The position numbers were made by a program, and so were the translations under genes. The notes under the pieces were generated by a model, which was given only the letters and a program-made list of their open reading frames with translations, made no database searches and was not told the DNA's origin. DNA of 64,000 nucleotides from Eledone cirrhosa. Its lineage: Eukaryota. Of this stretch, positions 49,694 through 61,686 are shown piece by piece. Where the stretch lies: NCBI GenBank assembly GCA_964016885.1, contig OZ024741.1:355384001-355448000 (forward strand), in the 5' to 3' direction. The stretch's first letter is position 1; each line of letters begins with the position of its first letter.

Positions 49694-49702
49694 TTTCGCG
49701 CC
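49694..49702 (+). promoter_or_regulatory. Consensus E2F site TTTCGCGCC at the putative POLD1 promoter
   Basis: Exact TTTSSCGC match 35 nt before a consensus splice donor; E2F control of replication genes is established. Confidence 0.65.
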
Positions 49703-49736
49703 ATTTACGAAGTGGTAGAGGTATATCTTTTGTGAG
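49700..49736 (+). other. POLD1: Putative non-coding first exon of POLD1 (start approximate)
   Basis: GAG|GTAAGT donor at 49736/49737; compatible acceptor ttatttcag| at 52651 upstream of the ATG. Confidence 0.55.
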
Positions 49737-50489
49737 GTAAGTAAATTTATCAGATTTCTTTTTCTTTCGTGTATTTATCCTTAATAATTTATTTGCATTC
49801 ACACAAGCTATTTAATATTGCAATTTAAATATAAACAATTGCACCGTATGTCAGAAATGGCGTAGAAAATCTTTCTTTCAATATTTCGTGTTGCGAAGTT
49901 AGATAACTTTCTAGGGTATAAATATCGGTAAGTTATTTTTATTATTAAATCCGTCCCTGAGGCGTGTGTAATAGTAATTTATAATTTAATTTTAAGGGTA
50001 GTTAGTTGATAGGTTTGGTTAGAATTTTGAAGGTAAAATTTATGATTTTTAAAAAGCGTTGTGAACGAATATGGCCTTCAAAACCGTCGTAAATTACTCT
50101 TTTTCTGTGGTACCCCCAACCCGAGAACTCCATTATATCTGTATTGGAGACGATTGTATTAATAAATATTTACCAAAATATCTCGTCTAATTCACCGGAT
50201 TCATTAGGGCTAGAGCCAAGATTTAATGTTAATGTCCTGTAATATATATAAACAAATTTATGATGGAGAATCAAAGGCACTTATACGCATGAGAGTAGCA
50301 TTAGAAATGAATAGAGTGAATTGGATGAGATATTTTCTTCAAATAAGATTTTATGCCAGTGATACACTCCATCCCTGAGCCCGGCCGCTTCTTTTTTGCA
50401 TCGGTCGCCGTTGATGCCTCAGACGTTCCCGTACCCCGTAAGCCGAGAATCGGAACGTCAGCACCTCGTCCGAGGAAGGAGTCTCCACG

Positions 50490-50680
50490 AGGTGAGGTGA
50501 CTGTTGCAGCGGGCGTCGTTGGCTATTGTCCGCGGAAATGCTATTGCAATTTTGTCCGCGAAGCACATCCGAAACACCGTTCCGACTTATGTGCAGAGTC
50601 TATCACCCACTCCTCTTCCTACTTATCTACTTGCATCTGTTTTCTGCTTTCTTTCATTGCCTGCTAATATTCTTAGTACA
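50490..50680 (+). mobile_element. 3' tip of a CRE-like (restriction-like endonuclease) non-LTR element
   Basis: LQRASLAIVRGNAIAILS, homologous to 57647-57690 (LQQVSLAIVRGNAFAVL). Confidence 0.5.
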
Positions 50681-50779
50681 TACTGTGTTGAATTAAATCT
50701 TTCTACCATACTCCTGAAGGACATATACCACACATGTGAGGATATATATACTATGCCAATAATTATTAATTATAATAGA

Positions 50780-51969
50780 CTAGCTGAATGACCCGGCGTT
50801 GCCCGGGTTATTGCTGTTCTTATTCAGATTAGTAAGCAATAAATATGAAGATATATTTTTTCTCATAATTATTTCAAAATATCTATTTTATTAAAAAAAA
50901 TCAAATTTGTAATGATAATAGAATTTAGAAATGAAAATCTGTCAATCCTGAAGCACTTCAGGGTAAACAATATTCATTGTGTAATTTTTTGTTGGTGTCC
51001 AAATGAATAAATTGTTGCAGCTTCCAACTCGTGAGCAACTAACAGAATTGACCGTGGGAGAAACATGTAGTAGAGAGATCAAGTCCAACTACCTTGAGGG
51101 ATTGACCCTGAGATTTGTTAATTGAAATAACAAAACTTAGTTCGACTGGAAACAAGCTCCTTTAATTCAAATGGAACAGCTGTAGATATGAGTGTAATTT
51201 TTAGAATAAAGACATTTTTTTTTTCAATGTTGTAAACAAATAAGTACCAACATTCAAAAGAAATATGTTAATTATTACTTTTGTATGCAGTGTAAATTAA
51301 ATCTTTCTACCATACTAAGCAAATTAACCAAATATAAGCAAATGTATTTATTAACTGCTAATTTAACGGTATGAGAATATAAATATAAACAGACAGGCGC
51401 ACATACACTCACATAAACATACACTTATAAAAAACACATACATTCATACAAACATACACATAGTTTCACCCACGAACTCACACATAAAAAACACACACAG
51501 ACATACATTCATGCAAACACAGTTTCACCCCCAGCGTTTGTTATGTCAGTCGTCACAGAAATGTATGTATACTCACACACATATACTTGTCAGTCAGTAC
51601 ATGTGTAGATTTGTGTGTGTTTAATTCTCTGTGTATCTGATTAAATATTTACGTAAAGATATGTATATCTTCACGTAACTAAGGCTTAATGTACGTAACA
51701 AACACATAAACACACACACACTCACAAACACATACACACTCATATACAAAATGTGACATTGTCATTGTGTTAGAAAATGTCCGTTTATTATAGTTGACTA
51801 TATTAGATTATTTTAGATAAAATGTTATATTGTTTTAATCCAAATGAAAATAAAAATTACATGTTAATCCCGGGGTCTAATACTATTACCATGTAAAATT
51901 TGATTTGATTGAACCATTTGAGAATGTATAAGGAAAAGACAGAGAGACAGAATTTCATATATAGAGAGA
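50780..51969 (-). mobile_element. Non-autonomous Helitron retaining the RepHel helicase C-terminus
   Basis: The minus strand encodes [36 protein letters not shown] (Pif1-like motifs V/VI) at about 51045-51153; 3' hairpin CCCGGGCAACGCCGGG then CTAG at 50780; 5' TCTCTCTATATATGAAAT near 51969. Confidence 0.85.
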
Positions 51970-52698
51970 CTGATTCATTGTTTGCGTGTGGCGCATGAGT
52001 AGAACTGTTCGGTGGCAAAAGAAAATAAAGTTGCTTTCAGAAATTTTGCATGTTATCTTCTTGAAAGAAGTTATGTTCAGAAATTCTGTGAGTTTGTTTG
52101 TTTCGGAAGGCTGTGTGTTGTTACCAATTTTAACAGTCAGTTGGTATGAAGTAGTGTTAAAAATGTATGTTGTAAGAATTTATACAAGTAATTTATGTGT
52201 GTTAGGTGAAAATATAAAAAAAATTTAAATAAGTGAAAATATTTTCAAACTACAATCAGATGAAAAATTCCAATATACGATCTGCAAAACACACACATGC
52301 ACATGCACACTGTCTCTGAGTAAATATTTCTAGATTAAAATTTTTTTGTGAAAATTTGCAATAAACTAAAGGAAAGACTTAGCTGTTTTGTAGTTTTCAA
52401 GAATGTCTTGCTAATGTGGTCTAGGCTGTCATGAGTTAACCTATATTGACCAAACCTATGATTAAAAGAATTCTAGTTGTAGTCATTCACTATATTGACG
52501 AGTATCTACAACTGTATTATCTAATCTGTCCTTCCTTGTTGTTGAGGTTGAAAGTAATGGTTTGGATCTCATCACAAGTCATATAAAGTAGAAAATATAC
52601 AGATTGTAAATGTGTTAATTATCTTAAATAGAGTGACCCTTGTTATTTCAGTTACACCAAGTGAAAAAAACATTTGAATTTCATTTCCCTCTGAAAAG

Positions 52699-52763
52699 AT
52701 GTCTGGTGCTAAGCGGTTTCCTAACAAACAGGACACCTCCAAAATTTCAGTGAAGAAAGCCAA
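52699..52763 (+). CDS. POLD1: POLD1 coding exon 1: MSGAKRFPNKQDTSKISVKKA(K), basic NLS-like N-terminus
   Basis: ATG at 52699; donor AA|gtaaga in phase 2, matching the next exon. Confidence 0.75.
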
Positions 52764-53957
52764 GTAAGAATTAAATACAATTCTTTTTTTTATTTTTCTA
52801 TATCTTAATAAATTGGAAAGTGGTTGGTATTAGGAGCTTCATAAACCACACAAAAATGAATGTATTTAGCAAGACGTGGTCGCTGACCCATCTAGGATGA
52901 TTTAACTCTAGTTATATATTGACATGGTCTGCAACAACCTGTTCAACCCATGCCAAAATGGAAAATGAATATCCCATTCATTCTAGCTAGTATGGTAAAT
53001 GGATAAAGTAATATCAATGCTAACATGGTCAAAGGAATGTCTGTTTGGTTAAGTTCTTTTGTGGTTTAGGTTCTAATCTTACTGTATGGCATTATTTTCT
53101 TAAAGTACCAGTAATGCACTGGGTAATTGCTGGCCTTGTGCCTAAAGTAGAAACAATTATTTTTGTTAAAGTACCAGTAATACACTGGGTAATTGCTGGC
53201 CGTGTGCCTAACGTAAAAACAATTATTTTCTATAGTATTGGGCTGACCAAAACCTTGCCAGTGGAATTTATTAGACAGAAAATGTGCAGAAGATTGTATA
53301 TGTTTATGCCCTCGTGTTTATTTAATTGATACATATCCAGTTGTAAAAACTAGTGTTGTGTCATAAAACTAAGTTTAGTGACACATGTCATAATGCATCT
53401 ATTTCTCCCTGGTTACCAACCAAGTCAGTACTTAATCTTGGGTGTACGCACTAGGCAGGTTGTCATGTTTTTGACGCATTTGTAAAATCTTCCTGACCCT
53501 TTGTTCAGAAAGTTTTCTACAGCTGGAGGCCAATCCTATAACCAGCCACCTTACAGTTTGTGATGGGTGCGTTTATAGTGCAGATCACCAACACTAGAGA
53601 AGCTGTTGCATCCTTGACACAAGTGAAGAGCAGCATACCCTACCATGTTGATAGAATATGTATTGGAATGGGTGGGGGGGGGGGGGGGTTACAATAGCCC
53701 AGAAACCCTTAAAGATGGTACTTCAGTATGACAGCAGTCCAATGACTGAACCCAATAAAAGGATACAAGAATGTTTACCCCCTTTTCATTCTTAACTATA
53801 AATATTTTTAAAGAAAACATATGTATCTTTACAAGGTATAAAGATAAGGAAGAGATACTATAAATATTTTACTGTAGTTTAGTATAAATTATAAGTAGTT
53901 TACTATAAATATTTAGCTATAGTTTATTATGAATATTATATGTATTCTTCCTCCAAG

Positions 53958-54067
53958 ATATGATGATGATGATGAAGAGTTTACATCAATGTTTGAACAA
54001 GATCTGGAGAATATGGATCAGATGGAAAATGAATTATTAATGGGAACTGAAAGTTGTGATTTTGTCG
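53958..54067 (+). CDS. POLD1: POLD1 coding exon 2: YDDDDEEFTSMFEQDLENMDQMENELLMGTESCDFV
   Basis: ctccaag| acceptor, G|gtgagt donor, phase 2 to 1; acidic S-x-FE-x-x-L motif as in the POLD1 N-terminus. Confidence 0.85.
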
Positions 54068-55337
54068 GTGAGTCAAACTTTTGTTTTCAACCTTTTCTTT
54101 TTTTACTGAAATTATAATCTCATTTGACCTGGCTCCCTACAATCGATTAGGTTATGGGTGCATACAACTCATGGCAACAGAGAAATCGGATGTAAAATGA
54201 TGATGATATGATCATCACTGTTTAACATCCATTTTTGCACGCTGGCATGGGTTAGATGAGTTATCCTATTGTGAGCAATGCTAGATCAGATCATGTCATG
54301 CTCATACAGAACTGATTTTGGCTTGGTTTCTACAGCTGTATGCCCTTTCCAGCACCAACCTCATTTACAGTGAGTCCTAGGTGCTTTTTTTCTGGACACC
54401 AACTTGACCACTTTACAGTGTGGGCTGGGCAGTTTTTGCCTTGTCGCCATCATGACAACTTTACAGTGTGGGCTGAAGGCTTCACTGGATGAATACTTTA
54501 GCTTGTCCTCATGGGCGAGTGTGGAGTGGGGTGGTGCATAATATATATATATGCTTCAGTTTCGGCCTGTCATTATCATATTTGAGATAGGGCGGTGGAT
54601 TGGCAGTATTGGTAGAGGGTCGGACGCCATGCTTTGACGTATAGAGTTACGGCCCTTGCCATTCTGAATTCAAATCCCGCCGAGGTTAACTTTGCCTTTC
54701 ATCCTTACGGGGTCGATAAAATAAAGTACCAGTAATGCACTGGGTAATTGCTGGCCTTGTGCCTAACGTAGAAACAATTATCATATTTGAGATAATTTGA
54801 AAAAATGTTTTATAACATGCATTTGTGAATGCTGTTCTCATTGGATGTAGAAGCTCTAGGATCTGAGTCATAGATAGCTATAGTTGAATATTTTGTTGTG
54901 AAGAATACAAAAGGTTTATGTGGTATTTGTACACCACGGAGAAGGCAGCTTGTCTGGGAGAACAGTCATTCTGAATAAATAAGACTGCATGGGGTAGACA
55001 TTGACTCTGCAACTCCGAACAAAGGCAACCTGTTTAAAAGAGCAGTCACTCTGAATTAAAACTGACTCAGGGTAGAGAAGACTCTTCAGTCTTGTCAAAC
55101 AACTTTGCTGCTGGTAACCTTGTACATGTTGTAAAGTGATTGGTGATAGGAAGGGCATCCAGCCAGAAAGACCATGCCAAAAATTATGGAAAGCCCCCCC
55201 CCGTTTAGTGGGGTCAAACGAGCTAATTAATAGGTCACTGCATATAGACACCTTTTTTAACAAGTACAGTTTAGATTAATGAGAGAAAAAAATCGATCAT
55301 TTTAATCTTGACAAATTTCATTTCATTTTATTTTCAG

Positions 55338-55445
55338 ATGATGAACTAGAAATATCTAAAAAATGGACCCGACCGCCCCTACCTTCCATTGATCCTGAAG
55401 AAGATTCAATTGTTTTCCAGCAAATTAGTCTTGACTATTATGTTG
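55338..55445 (+). CDS. POLD1: POLD1 coding exon 3: (D)DELEISKKWTRPPLPSIDPEEDSIVFQQISLDYYV
   Basis: ttttcag| acceptor, G|gtaagt donor; W-x-RP-x-x-P-x-x-DP-x4-I-x-FQQ-x3-D-x-Y-x-G is a hallmark of pol delta. Confidence 0.93.
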
Positions 55446-55449
55446 GTAA

Positions 55450-56340
55450 GTTCTGAGGCCTTCATAGACATTTTGTTGTTCAAGGTGTGATAGACAGTGT
55501 GTAAGAGAAAGAGAGTAGTGGTGTTTGTCTTTGCAGGTGATTACTGTTGTCATTGGTCGATGGGTCAGAGAAGGTTGTGCCAATGGGCTGAGTCTGCAAA
55601 GGGTTGGTTGGAAGGAACCTGGTAGAAGAAGAGATGGTAGCATTGCAGTTTGTCCGGATGATTCTGATGTCATGGGTTGGGATTTGTCCTAAAATCCATT
55701 TGAGCTGGTCAAAGTAGTCATCTTTGACTGTGTCCTCTGCAGTGTTTGTAGGGACACAGGCGACGACGATGGTCATCTTCCTGTGCCAGTGGAGAAAATG
55801 GGCAAACAGTCGCTCAGCAAGTTCCAGCTGATAATTGACTTGCAAATATGCTTGGCATGGCCAGTGCCATGCAGCAGAAGCCCGTTTGATCTTCAGGGCT
55901 ACTCCAGATGAGGCAGTGGTCTCCCATGATGAATTCGCTGCTGCCCCAGCCCAGCATGTTTCACAGAGTCCCGCCAGTGTAATGTAGTGGGATAGCTCTT
56001 GGAACAGTAGAGAAGCTGCTCTGGGGCGAAGGTTTGACAGGACATTTCATGTGGCAATACGAGTTTTGTAGTATTGTCAATTTCTCATTGGTGGGTTGTT
56101 TTTTGGGGGGGAGGGATCTGTTCCAATGTTGGGTAGTCCTGTTTCTTGTGGTCAGTTTCGTAACAGGTTCGTGGTTCTTCTGGGTGGGTTATTTGCCCTC
56201 TGCAGAATAGTCAGATAATGGGGCTGCCATTTTGGTGGTGAGCTGACGCACTGCAGATTACTGTTGGTCTGGAACCTCCCTGGGAGACCGCCTTGGGTGA
56301 TCCTACTAGGAGCAATGCTCCAGACAGTAACGCTCTCACG
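55450..56340 (-). pseudogene. Decayed RTE-like LINE 5' part (leader + APE endonuclease)
   Basis: ORF 55480..55845 MTIVVACVPTNTAEDTVKDDYFDQL resembles APE; the upstream leader is GC-richer. Confidence 0.65.
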
Positions 56341-56843
56341 AATTTACGGAACATATCTCCATTGTTTAACATCTATTTTTCATACTTGTATGGGTTAGAC
56401 AGGTTGTTGCATTATGAGACAAGTCGGGTCAGGAGACCTCATTTTGCTCATACAGATATGTATTTTGGTTTGGTTTCTATGACTGGATGCCGTTCCTAAC
56501 ACCAACCACATTACAGTGTGGACTGGGTGCTTTTTGTCATATTGCTAGCATGACCACCTTATGTACTTCTTTTATTTTTTACTTTACAGGTGCACTGATG
56601 TAGCGAATGCATGGCACTCAAACTTTCATTAATTTTTTGTGAATTGGCAGTATCGGTAGAGGGTCGGACGCCATGCTTTCCAGCATAGTTACGTCTCTTT
56701 ACGGTCTGAGTTCAAATCCCGTCGAGGTTAACTTTGCCTTTCATCCTTACGGGGTCGATAAAATAAAGTACCAGTAATACACTGGGATAATTGCTGGCCT
56801 TGTTCCAAAAGAAGAAACAATTAATTTTTTTACTTCTCTGCAG

Positions 56844-57016
56844 GTGCACCAATGCAAGGAATGCCTGGCTCCAGTGTTGGACCTGTGCCTATCATCCGGA
56901 TGTTTGGGATTACTATGGAGGGGAATAGTGTGCTAACCCATGTCCATGGCTTTGCAGCATATTTCTATGTCCCTGCCCAACCTGGTTTCAAGAAAGAACA
57001 CTGTCAACAGTTTAAG
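56844..57016 (+). CDS. POLD1: POLD1 coding exon 4: (G)APMQGMPGSSVGPVPIIRMFGITMEGNSVLTHVHGFAAYFYVPAQPGFKKEHCQQFK
   Basis: ctctgcag| acceptor, AAG|gtaata donor; VPIIRMFGIT-x-EGNSV-x-x-HVHGF-x-x-YFY matches the B-family pol delta N-terminal domain. Confidence 0.96.
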
Positions 57017-57089
57017 GTAATATATGTATATGTTTACATGCCTATGTGTATGTGTGCATGCACATGTGTATGTATGTATATATGTGTGT

Positions 57090-57700
57090 CTGGCTTGGAC
57101 CAACACCGCCTCACCTGTTGCCAATCTGCTTCACAACCAAACAGCGGTGTGTGGCTCAATTCGGTGTCCTCCTCATCAACCCGTACCCTTCTTGGGAGTG
57201 GCCCAACACCTCAGCCTTCGCGTGTGTGAACCACACAAATGCTGTTGTGGGGCAGTTGTTGGCAAGTTTGGCCTCAACGCACAGGCCACTTTCAACGACA
57301 TATTGAGAAGGAGCCTGGATGCAGCTTGCTTCCCATCACAACCGCAGCCAGCAGGTCTTGACTACAGAGACAGCAAGCGCCCCAACGGAATTACCCTCTT
57401 GACATTCAAAGGAGGTAAATCCCTCATCTGGGATGCCACATGTGACATTTTCTCTGCCGCCAACTTAATCGCTTCAGCCACAAAACCCGATACTGAGGCC
57501 TGAAATGCAGAGGACTGGCAAACAAATAAATACCCGAGCATATCCGGCTGCTTACTCTATCGTGACCTCAGGTGTCCTGGGACACCGTACTGCTGAGCAC
57601 CTCTGCTAGATTGGAACATCAGCAGCCCATCTGAGGAAGGTGTCTGTTGCAGCAGGTGTCGCTGGCCATTGTCCGCGGAAATGCCTTTGCAGTTTTGTTC
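57090..57700 (+). pseudogene. CRE-like non-LTR element C-terminal remnant (zinc knuckle + restriction-like endonuclease)
   Basis: CCCGAVVGKFG...FNDILRRSL...PAGLDYRDSKRPNGITLLTFKGGKSLIWDAT resembles the KRPDG...WD.T RLE motif. Confidence 0.65.
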
Positions 57701-59174
57701 ACCTTAGGCCAGATGCCATCACCCAATCCCCATCCCCCTCTTTTCTGCAACTCAAGAGTCCTTGCTTTTTCCCTCCCTTTATCATTTATGGCATTTATAG
57801 TCCTTTCCCATACAGCCAGATCTGTCATTCTTTACTCCTTGCTCTTTTTCTCATTACTTAATTTTGTTTTTATCTTTCTTTTTCATATTTATGTAATTAT
57901 CAATGGTTTTTAAGCCAACTTTGTGAGTGAAATACATGTATTGAGAATAAACATTTATGTTATTTTTCCATGCTTATATGGGTTAGATGGGCTGTTACAT
58001 ACTGAAACTAGATTGATCAGATGACTACATTTTGCTTGTATGTTCCATTTTTGACTTGGTTTCTATGGCTGGATGCTCTTCTTAATGCCATCCACTTTAG
58101 AGTGTGTACTGGAAGCATTTTATTGTGATTCCAGCACTACCTCTTTACAGAGTGGACTGGGTGCATTTTATTGTGATACTACCTCATTACAACACTAAGG
58201 TGCTTGGTATGTACTTTGTCAGACTCGGGAGGTATTGGTGGTAGTGAAGAGGGTGTAAAAAATGAAGGTGGTGCAAGCTATATGTTGCTTGTCAGGGTTG
58301 TGGTGACTCAACGTACAATGAGGTTGGTTTTTCATGTTGGCCTGTATTGTTGAGTCAGGGATGTATGAAGGAAGTAGGCATGTATGTGTGTCTATATATA
58401 AATATATATATATATATATCTCAATATGCCTTTTTCATGCTGACATGGGTTGGAAATGACTTTTTGAGGCAATTTTTTACAGTTAAATGTTCTTTCTGAA
58501 TTATTTTTCTACCGTAGTCTAGATTTGACCAATACGTTAAATGTGTGTGAGTATCTTTTGCTAGCACATATCAACGAAGGATATGAGCATAGCTTAAAAT
58601 TTGGTGCTTTATGAATGAAGTCTCTTGAGATGTTTACTCTGCACGGAGTTACAGATGTTCCCTTTTTATCAGAGATGTAGAAAACCAGTGGTTGATTCAT
58701 TTGAAACTGGTAACCTATGGCATTATTATTATTGTAGGTGAATTGGCAGTATCGGTAGAGGGTCGGACACCATGCTTTCCAGCATAGTTACGTCCCTTTA
58801 CGGTCTGAGTTCAAATCCCGTGGAGGTTAACTTTACCTTTCATCCTTACGGGGTCGATAAAATAAAGTACCAGTAATGTACTGGGTAATTGTGCCAAAAG
58901 TAGAAACAATTATTAGGGCAGTGGGTGATTTGCAACATTGGTAGAACATCAGACAACATGCTTTGCAGCATAGAGATATGACCCTTTACATTCTGAGTTC
59001 AAAAAACGCTGAGGTTAGCTTTGCCATTCATCCTTACGAGGTCAACAAAATAAAGCACCAGTAATGCACTGGATTCGATTTAATCAACTTTCCCCTCCCC
59101 TCAAAAATAAATAAATAAAGAAGTATGATGATGAGGATAATGATGACGAAATATATAAGCATGGCATATCTGAA

Positions 59175-61140
59175 GTCTTCTTCACCCACTTATTTCTAAG
59201 AGGGTCGTGGGAGCAGAGTCCTCAAACTCTCTGCTGCAGGTCATGTCAGAAGCAATCATCTCCAACTGATCTGGCTGCATCCCCAAGCGAGACCAGTCAA
59301 GCTCATTGATGTTATCCAACCATCTTGTTCAGGGTCTACCCTTGGGTCTCCTGCCAGTTGGTTTTATCCATAAAATCTGTCCAGTGATTCTTTCCTGAGA
59401 CATTCTAACCACATGCCCATAGTACTGGAGCTGTCATCTCTCAAATTAGAAAAGTAGCAGCTCTACATGGAGTGACTCTCTAATCTCTGAGCTACGCACT
59501 CTATCGAGTAACATTACTCCAAAGATCCTTCGGAGGAATCCCATTTTGGCCACGAATGTATTCTTTTGGTCATTACCCAGGATTCATGACCATAGGTAAG
59601 GGTTCGCAAGACTACTGAATTGAAAATAGCAAGTTTGGCTGATTACTTCTTCTGATTACCGAATGCTGAAGCTGGTGCATTACTGAACTAGCTCCTGCAA
59701 TTCTTGCACTTAATTCAGCCTCCTGCCTTCTAGCACTCGTGAACATGTCTTCGAGATACTTGAATTTCTTTATCTGCCTCAGTGGAACTCCATTCACATG
59801 TAGAGTGCACTGCACAGGCTTCCTTGAGAGAATGAGTGTCCCAGTCTTCACAGCACTGATTTTCATTCCAGCCATGCAGCACTCTGCATGAAATTTATCA
59901 AGTACAAATCAGAGATCACCTTATCAAGTGAAGTAACACCATGTCATCTGCAGATTCCAGCCAACTATTTTACACCCATCAGTCGTGATACCACTTCCAA
60001 CCTGGCTGTGCATATCAATCTTGTTCATAAAAATAATGAACCGGATTCCCACATTGAATGGATTTGATTTAGCATCATTTATCCAAACACAAATACTCAG
60101 GTATTTGTATAGAGACATCAGGGCCACAAGAAACTGACCATCGATCCCATACTCCTGCAGAACCTTCCATGGTAGATCCCGAGGAATGCGTTCATGTGCC
60201 TTTTCAAGGTCTACAAAACAAGAATATATCTCCTGGCAATACTCCTATGATTTCTCAAAGAACTGTGACTGTGAATATTTGGTCGGCTGTACATTGAAGT
60301 CTTCCATCAGGATCTATAACTCAGTCTTAACTACATCTAACGGTGCAGTGACTTCATCAAGGAAAAACCTGTACTCGGACACCTTGTTTGGTGCATAAAC
60401 TTGCACCACCTATAGAGACCTATCTTTCAGCCTAAGCTTCAAGTGGCAAATCCTCCTGCCTAAGGTATACAGTCCATAACATTCTGACAGCCGGGCGCTT
60501 ATGAGTATCCCCACCCCTGCTTGTGCAGTCATTTCTGGCACCATACCTGAATAGTGGAGTTTCCATCCTCAATCTAAATCTACAGTATCAGAGCCATGGA
60601 ACTTGGTTGAGGAAACAATATATCTAGCCAGTTGCATCTAGCCTCCTCTACTAGTTTCTGCTCCTTACCTGTAAGGGTTGTGATGTTCCAGGTTCTAATT
60701 GTCAAGGTTTGCTCCCTTTCGAACCTCCTTTGGAATATGCCATCTTTGTGTGTCCATCCCACGCCTCCCAGGACATTGCCAGTTTTTGCGGCATGAAATG
60801 GTGATTGCAATATATTTACCGGAAGCCTGAACACCTCCTTTGTTAAATCACGTGAAGGACGATGTGGTATGGTTCTTTTTTGTTCCTCTCACCATATTGC
60901 AGGTGTAGTTTTGCAATCTGGTACTTTGCCAAACCTGAGAAGACTAGGATTTAGGTGGCCTTTGCTCACCTTGTCATAGTTACGTCACTGGGTTGTGAGA
61001 GTTTTCTTTGCAGAGCTGTTCTGCTAGAGAATGGGTCACATGTGGCAGATAGCGATACAGCCACCAGATATGAAGGTTAGTTGCTATATAAGCAGGCAAC
61101 TGCCAGACGAATAAGTAACACCAGACCAATAACAGTAAAC
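59175..61140 (-). pseudogene. Heavily decayed RTE-like LINE
   Basis: Fragments TWNITTLTGKEQKLVEEA (APE start) and AGMKISAVKT...LRQIKKFKYL (RT), with many deletions. Confidence 0.7.
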
Positions 61141-61306
61141 TACTAGGAGAGATGGAGCAATGGGTGACACCTGTAGCATATTTGAAGTGAAATATTTTTG
61201 GTAGGACTAAATATGGGCTGAGTAAGATAGTGTGACTATATGGGCTGAAAAAAGATGAAAGAAATATTACATTGTTAAAATCTTTTTTATATTTTTATTT
61301 GTTCAG

Positions 61307-61399
61307 AATGCACTGAATAATCTATTTTGAAAGACCTCAGATCAAACCGTGAAGAAATAAAGGAGGCTGTCCTAGGAGTTGAATTAACCATGAAAGAGA
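61307..61399 (+). CDS. POLD1: POLD1 coding exon 5 (frameshifted as assembled): NALN-x-SILKDLRSNREEIKEAVLGVELTMKE(S); gene continues beyond the window
   Basis: Strong polypyrimidine acceptor gttcag|, donor A|gtgagt; AVLGVEL...KES matches POLD1 AVLAVEL...RES; needs +1 nt near 61320. Confidence 0.85.
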
Positions 61400-61686
61400 G
61401 TGAGTATCTCCTTTTGATATTATCTATAGTCTAGCTAAGGGCAGTGGATCGGACAAAATGTTTTGCCGCATTTAGTTATTACCCTTTAGATTCTGAGTCT
61501 AAATTCCGCTGATGTCAATTTTACCTTTCATCCTTCCAGGGGTCAATAAAATAAAGTACCAGCCATATACTGGGGTTGATATAATTGACTTTATTCTACC
61601 TCTTAAATTGCTGGCCTTGTGCCTAAATTATAAATCATTATTGGTGCTTTTTATCCTCATCCATCATGAATGAGAATAAACTTGGT

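Noticed and set aside
57017-57229. C-terminal half of ORF 56852..57229
   Set aside because: Read-through past the POLD1 splice donor at 57016 into intronic repeats.
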